Source of the DNA: Octopus vulgaris | Taxonomy: Eukaryota | Assembly (NCBI GenBank): GCA_951406725.2 | Contig: OX597824.1 | Span: 47,430,001 to 47,494,000 of the forward strand | Length of the DNA: 64,000 bases | Direction of reading: 5' to 3' | Part shown: in pieces, positions 51,601 through 63,600 of the stretch | Position numbering within the stretch: the stretch's first letter is position 1 | Layout: the number at the start of each line of letters is the position of its first letter | Notes under the pieces: model-generated | Told to the model about the DNA's origin: nothing | Seen by the model: the letters and a program-made list of their open reading frames with translations, nothing else | Databases searched by the model: none | Program-made: the position numbers and the translations under genes

Positions 51601-54600
51601 TTGCCCCGGAGGATGGTGAGGGAGATTTGCTGGAACAGTCACTTTGACTCATGGGGTCTCACACTTGCAAATAGCCATCTCTGCCCTGATAGTGGTGAGT
51701 AAGGATATGGTCCAGGGGCTGAGAACACTGGAAGTCTCCATTGCCTCAGGCTTGACCATAAACAGTTGAGAGTAGTCATTTTAATCTATCTCTGTATATA
51801 TTCTATAGTACAATATAGATTTAATGGGGAAAAGACTGTTAGTACACCAGTTATTTTTTAATTGAACTAGCTATCAATAATGTTATATAAACAAACCAGT
51901 GTTTCTGATTTACTCAGCCCTAAGTAATAGTGGATTTATAAGTAGTGTCTCTGTAGTCAAGTTAAAGATGTATTTAGTTGCTGATGAAGTCTCAACAGGG
52001 GAGTGAAACTAGACTGGCTAACACCTCTTCCTGTCTATGAAAATACTGTATATAAAACAAATGGCTGAAATCTATAAAGATATTCAGTTGTACAATGTAA
52101 CATTGAAACAAAAACTCTCATAATGTAACAATAATTTATTACCTTGTAATGTTGAAAATTTAAATAAATTCTATTTCTTTTTATTGCTTTTTATTTTTAT
52201 TTTTCTCCTCTCTCTCTCTCTGTCTTTCTAGAGTTCGTCACCGTACTTTAAATGAATTAATGAATAAATTGTATAAACAAATCCCTGGATATTCAGAATA
52301 TTCTAAAGGAACTAAGGTTTTGAATATGAATTTTTTTTGTCTTTTTTCTTGTTTTATATTCACAAATTTAAAAATAATACACATGACTGTAGTTAAGAAG
52401 TTCACTTCTCAATCATGTAGTTTCTGGTTCTCTTCCCTTGTGTGGAACTTTGAGCAAGTTTCTTCTACTATACCACCTGACTGACCAAAGTGTTGTGAAT
52501 AAATTTGGTAGATGGAAACTGAAAGAAGCATGTTGTACATGTGTATGTGTATCTCCTTGACTTGATATTGCGTGGTAGTTGTTACTTGTCTTATGGGAAA
52601 GCATGCTTAGCCATGGGATAGTACTACCTTACTTGGAAATAAGTGTGGGTTGGAGACAAGATAGGCATCTGATTGTAGAAAATCCACCTCAATAGATTCT
52701 CTCTGACCAATTCAATAGGAAAAGTGGACGTTAAAATGATAATGATGGTGATAACTCATAATTTCTTTCTAGAGCGGCTTTATAGGAGTCATCATTGTGT
52801 AATGTCCACCTTCCATGCTAGCATGGGTGGGATGGTTTCACAAAAGCCGGCCAGGCAGAACCCTGCACCAGACTTCTGTGACTGTTTTGGCAGGATTTTT
52901 ACAGCTAGATGCCCTTCCTAACACCAACCACTCAGAGAGCCAGGATCAATCGGTTCATATAAATTATGCAATTCATGCATGTTTTGTGCTTCCAGTAGAA
53001 AGGACTATTATTATTATTATTATTATTATTATCAAGAGAACCATCCGAACATGGCCGTTGCCAGCGCTGCCCTGACTGGTCTCTGTGCAGGTGGCACGTA
53101 AAAAGCACCATCCGATCGTGGCCGTTTGCCAGCCTTGTCTGGTACCTGTGCAGGTGGCACGTAAAAAGCACCCACTACACTCATGGAGTGGTTGGCGTTA
53201 GGAAGGGCATCCAGCCGTAGAAACATTGCCAGATCAGACTGGGCCTGGTGCAGCCTTCTGGCTTCCCAGACCCCAGTTGAACCGTCCAACCCATGCTAGC
53301 ATGGAAAGCGGACGCTAAACGAAGATGATGATAATAAGCACAGGTGAGGTCAGTTTTGGTAAGGTTTTTACAGCTGAATACCAATCAATTTACAGTGTAG
53401 ACTGGGTGCTTTTAAGTAGCACCTGCACTGACAGGGTCACCAAGTACTTGCAAGATAAGACAAAGAAGAAAAAAACTTTCAAGAGAGGAGGGGGCATTAG
53501 ATGAGGTGATCTTGTGTCGGATGATGAATGGTTATAGTGAGAGAAAGAGACAGAAACTGGTGTCTTGCTGTAGAGGAAGTACAAGGTTACTCAGCCAGAG
53601 AGAGATTGTGTTCAGGAATGAAGACAGAAACAGGTGTGCTACTGCAAAGGAAATACATGGTTACCCAACCTGAGGGAAATACATGAGAAGGAGAGAGTGG
53701 AAGACAGCAGGATAGAGATGGTGACAAAATTCCAGACATACTCACATGGGACGGGGATCAAAATATAAATGGGATGGTTGAGTATAGGAAGAGAGAGAGA
53801 TATAGATGGTGGCAAGTGCCAGGACATGCCCTTGAGGTTTGAATGTCATAATGTAAGGGCAGGATATTGCAAGGAAGCGTGATTAAAAAGTGTAGAGGTG
53901 GGGCAAAAACTTGGGTATATATAGAGTTGGATGGGTGGGTGAGCTACCAAATAGCAATGATACAGAGGAACAGGGCCGTGAGGACAGGATTGGGGAGTGA
54001 GAGCAAGGCATAGTGTATGAAGGAGGAAATGTGAGGAAGAGAAGAGATGTGGATATGTAGATTGGGTTGTTGAGGTAGGGTGAGTGAAAAGGTTTCTTGT
54101 TATGTGTGGGTGAAACATACAGGTCGGGGGATAGCAGATAGCAATAATGCAGTGAGACGGCATGTGGGTGGAACACACAGGTCAGGGGCAAACTGAGAGC
54201 AATGATACAGTGACACAGGGCCAAGAGGACAGGATTGGGGAGTGGGCAGGAAGCATAGTGCATGAAGCAGAAATGTGAATAAGAGAAGAGATGTAGTTTG
54301 GTTTATTGTGGTAGTGTGTGTGAGAAGTTTTCTTATTAAGTGTGGGTGGGACACAGTGCTTCTAGAACTCAGTTTCACTGACATGAGTGAGTCTTCTCAA
54401 GAACTTCATATCGCCAGACATCTTGGTCCATTGTCATTTCCTCTGTGAGGCCCAACATCCTGAGATCAGTCCTTACCACTTCATCCCACATCTTCCTGGG
54501 TTGCCTTCTTCTGCAGGTACCATCCACTTTCAGTGATTGGCATTTCTTTATGCAGCTGTCTTCATTCATACGCATCACATGTCCAAACCAACAAAGTCTT

Positions 54601-57600
54601 CTCTCTTGCATGCTACATTTGATTCCTCTTATGCCCAATTTTTCTCTCAATACATTTGCACTTTGCCATACATATGCACTGATGTTTCACATCCAATGGA
54701 GCATACTACCTTCATTTCTCTCCAGTCTACACATTCAGAGCTCATGTCACACTACTATGGAGTATAGCCATTCACACACAAACATCCTTTCACTTTAAGT
54801 GAGAGTCCTTTTGTTGCCAGCAGAGTTAATAGCTCTCTGAACTTCCCAATTCTTTTTCTAGAAATAATACTTTCAGAGCATCCTCCACCATTGCTAATTT
54901 GGTCACCTAGGTAACAGAAACTAGCTACAACCTCCTGAGCATTTGAGAGAATCAAAGTCCCGTGTGCTCTTAGTAGTTATTGTTCCTGCACATCTGCCAC
55001 ATACAAAGACAACTTTATTTGTTAATCTACCTGTGATTCCACTGCACCCCTTATGTGTCCATAGTTTACACTGGGTGCAGCAAATGGAATTTCTTCCAAC
55101 TCCTTTCTTATGTATTGAGCAGGGTCATTTATTTGACGGAAAGAGAGTTTTATCTTCTTTCTTACTAACAACAACTTTGATCTTAGCTAGGTTAACTTTA
55201 AGGCCCTTTGATTCCAGGTTTTGTTTCCATACCTGGAATTTCTTCTCCAATACTGCTAAAGATTCTTCAATAAGAGCAAGGTCATCAGCATATAGCAGTT
55301 CCCATGGGCACCTAGTTTTGAATTCCTCTGTTATGGTCTGGAGGACTATAATGAGTGGGCTGAGAACTGAGCCTTGGTGAACCCCTACACTAAATTCATC
55401 ACTATTCATGGATGACTCTCACATTACTGACAGCACCACTGTACATGGCTTGTACAGCTCTAACAAGCCACTCCTCTACTCCTAACTTCCTTAGACACCA
55501 CCATATAACAGAGCAGGGGAACTCTGTCAAAAGCTTTCTCCAGGTCGACAAAAGCTAAGTACAACAGCTTACTTTTGGCCTAGTACTTTTCCTGCAGCTG
55601 TCTCACTAGGAAGATGACATCTGTGGTACTCTTCCCAGGTACAAAGCCAAACTGCATCTCATCTAGTTTAATTTATTTCTAATCAATTGAGCTATAAACC
55701 TCTCAGTAACTTTTATGACTTGGTCTAGCAATTTAATACCTCTGTAGTTGTTTCTATCTAAGGCATCATCTTCTTTACCCAGTCATTGCGGATGGTGCCT
55801 TCCTGAATAACCTGATTAACTATATGGGTGACTAAGCTGTATCCTACACTACTGGAAATTTTAATCATCTCGGCAGTGATTCCTGATGGCCCAGAGGCAT
55901 TCCTTGTCTTCATGTCCTTAATTGCCTTATCTATTATGCTGCTATCAATTGGCTGGTCCCTTAATTGGTTCGATATTTGGTAGACTCTCTCCGATGGATA
56001 TATTATTTACTCTTTTTTTTAACATCCTTTATTCCCTTGAATGGATGTGGTGGCTTTTTTACTGAAGTAATTCTTTTTACACCTGGATGCCTTTCCTGCC
56101 ACTCAATCAGGAAGCACAAATGGTATAAGATTTATGGCATTGCTTAAACCAGTGTTTTGCAACTTTTTTTGTTATACATTGCAGTCATGTTATATAAATG
56201 GCATGTAAAAAGCACCCATTACACTCTTGGAGCAGTTGGCATTACGAAAGACATCCAGCTGTAGAAGCCATACCAAATCAGGCTGGAACCTGGTGCAGCT
56301 CCCCGGCTTAACAGTTCCAGTCAAACCGTCTAACCCATGCCAGTGTGGAAAGTGGACACTTGATGATCCAAAACACTTGGATACTTACAATGTTCCCCAA
56401 CTTTTATACCCTTATGTAATACATGTAGTGACTGTAATTAAATTTAAAGTTAATAGGGTTGCTCTTGAATACAAAGACCCTCCCGGGTGAAGAATGTATC
56501 CCTCAGCATAGACTAATCATCAGTGACTTTAAGCTTGAGGCCAGAAGGACTCCAAGAAACAAACCAATCCAGAAAAGAAGGATTTGGAGGCTAAAGAACC
56601 CTTCACATGGTCAGAAATTTAGGGACATACTCATCAAGAAATTTGATGAGAGGGAGGAGGAGCTTCAGACGTCAGACATAGAAGGTAGCTGGGAATTCCT
56701 ACGGGACAGCTTGCTGAGTGCCACAGACCGAGTCTGTGGATGGTGCAAAGTCCCTTCCAGACCTAGAATTACGTGGTGGTGGAATAGTGCAGTAGATAAA
56801 GCCATCTGTAAAAAGAGACGGGCCTGGAAAGCCTGGAAGGATGGGGGCAGCAGGGAACTGTACCAGATAGCCAAAAGGGAGGCTGGGCGGCAGGTATACA
56901 TAGCCCAAGACGTAGCAGAAAAGAAGAAGTTTGCCAATGTCCAGCGACGCGAGGATCAAAGAGCTGAAGTATTTCGGATTACCAGACAGTGTGTCAGAGA
57001 AAATAGTGATGTTATAGGAGAGAAATGTGTCCGCATGGATGATGGGGCACTTGCTTTTACTGCTAGTGAAAAGAAAGAGACTTGGAGAAGCCATTATGAA
57101 AGACTGCTGAATGAGGAGAATGAATGGGAGGAGGAGAGCCTGCCAAATGTTGACCCAGTAGAGGGACCAGCTACCCGAATAGACAGCTCCCTTGTAGATA
57201 AGGCAATTAAGGATATGAAACCAGGCAAAGCCCCTGGCCTATCAGGAATCACTGCTGAGATGCTTAAAACAGCTGGCTATGTGGGCTATACCATAGTCAC
57301 CCGCATTGTAAACCAGGTAGTTCACAATGGAGTCATACCCAATGACTGGTGCAGCAGCACCATAGTCAACTGCTACAAGGGTAAGGGTGATGCTCTAGAT
57401 AGAAATAACTACAGAGGTATCAAACTGTTGGACCAGGTGATGAAGGTCTCAGAGAAGGTCATAACTCATCTCATTAGGGAGAGAATTTGTTTAGATGAAA
57501 TGCAGTTCGGTTTTGTACCAGGTAGAAGCACCACTGATGCTATATTCTTGGTCCGACAACTGCAGGAGAAGTACCTAGCTAAAGATAAACCCCTCTACAT

Positions 57601-60600
57601 AGCTTTTGTAGACTTGGAGAAAGCCTTTGACAGGGTTCCCCGTTCCCTCATCTGGTGGTCGATGCGGAAACTGGAGATTGAAGAATGGCTAATAAGGGCT
57701 GTACAGGCTCTATACAGAGAGGCTGTCAGCAAGGTTAGGATTGGCAACGAATATAGTGAAGAATTCCGGGTAGAAGTAGGTGTGCACCAGGGCTCAGCCC
57801 TCAGTCCCCTTTTATTCATCATAGTCCTTCAGGCAATAACAGAGGAATTCAAAACGGGATGCCCCTGGGAGCTCCTCTATGCCGATGACCTAGCTCTCAT
57901 AGCAGAATCACTACCGGAACTAGAAGAGAAATTTCGGGTGTGGAAGCAAGGGTTGGAATCAAAGGGCCTTAGAATAAATGTAGCAAAGACCAAAGTATTA
58001 GTAAGCAGCAAGAGGTACTCAGCACACACCCCCTCGGGTAGGTGGCCCTGCTCAATCTGTAGGAAAGGTACAGGTAGAAACTCCATAAGATGCACCCAAT
58101 GTAAGTTATGGACACATAAGAGGTGCAGCAACATTAAAGGGAAATTAACAGATAAGATAGCTTTCATGTGCGGCAGATGCACAGGGACAATAGACACAAC
58201 AGACACTCAGAAAACAGATTCCATCACACTCCAGGGAGAGAAACTAGAAGTAGTTGATAGTTTCCGCTACCTGGGTGACCAAGTTAGTAGCGGAGGTGGA
58301 TGCACAGAGAGTATCACCACTAGAATACGAATAGCCTGGGCAAAGTTCAGAAAGCTCCTATCCCTACTGGCAACAAAAGGTCTCTCCCTCAGAGCGAAAG
58401 GTAGATTGTATGATGCATGTGTGCGAACTGCCATGCTTCACGGTAATGAAACATGGGCAGTGACTGCAGAGGACATGCGTAGACTTGAAAGAAATGAAGC
58501 TAGCATGATCCGCTGGATGTGTAGTGTCAGTGTACACGCAAGACAGAGTGTAAGCATCCTAAGAGAAATGCTGGATATAAGAAACATCAGATGTGGTGTG
58601 CAAGAGCGACGCTTGCGATGGTATGGTCATGTGCTGCGGATGGATGAAGAGAGATGTGTGAAGAAGTGCCACTCCCAAACAGTTGAAGGTATCAGGGGGA
58701 GAGGTAGACCCAGGAAGACATGGGATGAGGTAGTCAAGCATGACCTCAGAGCATTGGGCCTCACTGAGGCAATGGCGAAAGACCGAGATCTCTGGAGATA
58801 TGCTGTGACTGCAAAGACCCGGGCTGCTTTCTGCAGCAATTCCACATACCCCCTACCCATTCAAAGTACCCCGGACCCAGTTGCCCCCGTGCTGCTGGCA
58901 CGTTAAAAGCTCGAACCGATCGTGACCAATGCCGGACCCCCCGGCCCCTGTGCAGGTGGCACGTAAAAAGCACCCAATCCACTCACGGAGTGGTTGGCGT
59001 TAGGAAGGGCATCCAGCCGTAGAAACTCTGCCAAATCAGACTGGAGCCTGGAGCGGCCCCTGGCTTCCCAGACCCCGGTCGAACTGTCCAACCCGTGCTA
59101 GCGCGGAAAACGGACGTTAAACGATGATGATGATGATGATGTATTGTTCACCATTCCTTTAGAAGAATGAGTGCTACTTGTAGGAACCACTTGTGAGCAG
59201 ATTTAGGAACACAATAGCTATTGTATGATATGAACACACAACCATGTAATCACTAGCGTTGTATCTTAATCTCATAGTCATTGTCCTTTTAAAATATTTT
59301 ACATTTTATAACCATGCTGAACAAACATTTTCCATTTATGATATTGAATTGATTTTAGGTAGTGACGATGCAACGTGCCATTTGTTATATTGTATACCTG
59401 GAGAAGATGATCAACCAAGTTTGCAAAGAGCTTAGAGTAACAGTGGACTTATCCAAAATGTTCCTAACTGTCAGACTCAGCAGAGAAGGTATTTATTTGT
59501 TTGTATGTAACTCTGACTCTGTATAGCTCCTTACATGTCTCTTGCTTTTCTTATATCTACACAGAAATTAGATACATTATTGTTTCTTGTATGTAGTATT
59601 TTGCAAATACTGTTCTAATCAACATAATTGTACAATTGCAGATATAAGAAGAGCCTTGTGGGGTTATGATACATACGAACAGTGGAAGAATGAATGTTCA
59701 TCAACTTGTGATTTGGTAATATTTTAAATTTCTTGAAACAATGTTTTCTTGCATTAGCATGGCATCACATATTTATAGAAGAAGGTCATTATTGCTTAAA
59801 AATGTAGCACTTATTTTATTGATCCTGAGGATGAATTGCAAAGTCAACCACCAGAAATCGATCAGTCATTTAGTCTAGAACTCTGTGCTGTTTCTGCCAC
59901 TCCAATGAGTTTGTGTCACCTGACTGGCACTCGTGCTGGTGGCACACAATAAGCACAATTCATGTGTCGATCAATGCCAGTGTTGCTTGACTGGCTCCTC
60001 ATGCTCGTGGTACGTAAAAAAAGTACCAACTGAACATGGTTGATGCCAGCCCCCCCCCCCCCCCCCCGACTAGCTTCAGTGCTGGTGGCACATAAAAAGC
60101 ACCATCCAAATGTGGCCAATGCCAGTACTGCCCAGCTGGCTCCTGTGGAGTGAATTTGGAAGGCAGAAACTGAAAGAAGCCTGTCATATATTTATATATA
60201 CATGTGTAGAACTAGAAGTAGTTGATAGCTTCCACTATCTAGGTGACCAAGTTAGTAGTGGGGATGGATGCTCTGAGAGTGTTACCACTAGAATAAGAAT
60301 AGCCTGGGCAAAGTTTAGAAAGCTTCTATCCCTACTGGTGACAAAGGGCCTCTCGCTCAGAGTGAAAGGTAGATTGTACGATACATGTGTGCGAACTGCC
60401 ATGCTTCACAGCAGTGAAACATGGGCTGTGACTGTGGAGGACACGTGTAGGCTTGAAAGAAACGAAGCTAGCACGATCCGCTGGATGTGTAATGTTAGTG
60501 TGCACACACGACAGAGTGTAAACGCCCTGAGAGAAATATTGGACATAAGAAGCATTGGATATGGCGTGCAAGAGAGACGTTTGCGCTGGTATGGTCATGT

Positions 60601-63600
60601 ACTACAGATGGATGTGAAGAAGTGCCACTCCCAAACAGTTGAAGGAATCCAGGGTAGCTGTAGACCCAGGAACACATGGGATGAGGTGGTCAAGCATGAC
60701 TTTCAAACATTGGGCCTCACAGAGGCAATGCCGAAAGACTAAGACCTCTGAAGATATGCTGTGACTGTGAAGACCCGGCAAATAAAGAGAGTTCACGGCT
60801 GTATCCTACACCAGTTTTGCATAAACAGCCCCAGCCCATTCAAAAATCCCTTGGATCCTAGGGCGACCTGCTGTGCTTGAGACCTATTGAGTCAAGTACA
60901 TCAACATCAAAATGAAAATCAAATGGAAATTGTAGTTGTGATACCCATGCTGGCCGATGCCAGCGCCGCCTTGATTGGCTTCCATGCCAGTGGCACATAA
61001 AAAGCAGCAACTGATCATGGCCGTTTCCAGCCTCCTTTGGCCCCTATGCCAGTGGCACAAAAAGCACCCACTACACTCACGGAGTGGTTGGTGTTAGGAA
61101 GGGCATCCAGCTGTAGAAACACTGCCAGATCAGATTGGTGCCTGGTGCAGCCTCCTGGCTTCCCAGACCCCAGTCGAACCATCCAACTCATGCTAGCATG
61201 GAAAACGGACGTTAAACAATGATGATGTGTGTGTGTTTGTCTCCTTCCACTGCTTGACAACTGCTGTTGGTTTATTTATGTCTCTGTAACAGTGGTTCAG
61301 CAAAGACACTAATAGAATAAGTACCAGGATCTAAAAATTAAAAAGTATTGGTGTCAATTCATTTGAATAAAAATTCTTCAAGGCAGTGCCCCAGCATGGT
61401 CGCAGTCTAATAACTGAAACAAATAAAAGATCAATGAAGTAGAATTATAAATGAAATAAAATATATCAAGTAATTGTTGAATGAGAGTATGAAAAATATA
61501 TTTAGCTTTTGTTTAACAGAGCTACTTCACTATTCCAAGCCAGTAAGGAACATTTTTTTTTCTCCTGCAGTTATTTCAAATCTTGTGTTGAGATGATAAG
61601 AATTGCATAGTAGTATATTTGTAGATATCCAGGATAACATTGAGAATTCAAAATGATGTGTACATATTTGCATCTTGCAGTCATAAGAAAGAAGTTATGA
61701 GCGGTTGTTGAATTAAGAGTGGCTATGTAGTTTAGAAGTTCATTTTACAATCATATGACTGACTCCATTGTGTGGAACCTTAGGGTTGTTTCTTATGCTA
61801 TACCCATGGGTCAACCAAATCTTCTGGGGTAAAATTTGGTTGATGAAGTCTGTTGGATATATAGATATATATATATGTGTATAACCATGGAGGATGCCAA
61901 AATCAGTAGAATGTCAGACTAAACACCTTGTGCTATTTGGTTACGTCCCACCAAGTTAAATAAAATAACCACCAAAGTACTGAAGTTGATAAACAGTACA
62001 CAGCACAGCCACAGTGCATTGATTGAAACTAGTAAAGAGCAATGTTATAAAAAAGATTAAGGAAGGTTATTGGTCTTTCAAAGTTAGTTGCTAACATACT
62101 GATTGCATCAGATTGGAGTGGCTTAGTTTATTAAATTGAACAATTAAGCATGAAGAGTAATTAACTCTTCACCTGTCATAACTGGGAATTACGGGTATTT
62201 TTTCTCATTGCTGGATAGATGTTTCTAAAATTATATATTGTATATTTTGATGCAATAATTCTTATATATCTTATAATCAGATTATGGGAAAATGGGTTTT
62301 AAACTGAAGATATATTCATTGTAGTGCATCTCAGCACTGTATGCAATAAGCTTGTTATATAATTTAGAAGGCAGTGTGCTGGCAGAATCTTTAGCAATCC
62401 AGACAAAATGTTTAGCAGCATTTCTTCTGGCTTTATGTTCTGAGTTCAAATTCTGTTGAGGTCCACTTTGCCTTTCATTCTTTTGGGGGCTATAAAATAG
62501 GTTCCAGCCTTGTGCCTTTAGTCAAAAGACTTATATAATTCAGTTTCAAAATGCAAGAGGCTAAATATGTAATAAACAATATTTTATGTTTTGTTTTAAC
62601 TTAAACTAAAATAACATTTTTAAAACAAAATTATTATATCAGTGATAGTATATGATGGTTATATCAGTGGTAACACATAATGGAAGGAAAACCTGTATTG
62701 AAGTTTAAAAATTCACTGTTAGTTCAGATTTAACAAAATTTAAAAGTTTATTGAAGGAACTAGCAAATGCACCTGTCCTTTGGATATTTTAAGTTGCTTT
62801 GTTGGTATTTTATTCACCAAATAATTGAACTACCGAGAAGGTTTATGATTAACCTAGGAACGGAAAATCAAATTGAAGGCTGGTTATTGTGGAGGTTGTT
62901 GCACTTAAATGATCATAGAACATATAAGTTTGCAAGCAATGCAAAGTAGAGCTACTGAAGTGTTTTGGGAGTAGATTATGGATGTGGACTACAAAATATA
63001 GTTGTTTTTTAAGCATATTTTGTTCACTCTTATTTTCATATATAACTTAAACATGTACATCTTTTTGAACATTGTCAGTTTATAAGATTTTGCTGGCAAA
63101 TTTTTTAATTAATATTTATTTACATGAAAGAAAATTACCGGAGACATAACGCATGTTATGTTATAGTTGCAAGTAGGCAGTCAAAAGAAATAATTGGACA
63201 AAATCCTTTCACTTTTATAAAAGGTATAGAAGACCCTACATACAAAAAAACTATGTCTATTTACATAGGAGCTCTGTGCAAAATATTATAGTGCACAACC
63301 ATCCTTGGGGCATAAGTAATGCATGTGTAAAGTTTGGTGAAAATCAGTTGAGAATTGTAGAAATGTATGTGTTAGTTATTATACACACACATACTGCCAT
63401 TTATATAGACTGGATGATAAATCAGTTATTTTTGATAGAACACATATGGTAAACTAATAAATAATGGGAGAATATCAGTGTCTTTTAAAGTTGTGTTCTT
63501 GTTACTGTTTTCTTAGTTTTCAATATTTTTAATGGTGAGCTGGCAGAATTGTTAGCACGCCGGGCAAAATGCTTAGCAGCATTTTGTCTGCTGTTACGTT

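Noticed and set aside
56459-58906. Intact autonomous LINE or host gene
   Set aside because: The frame starts at TTG within the end of the endonuclease, so it is 5'-truncated. I found no TSD.
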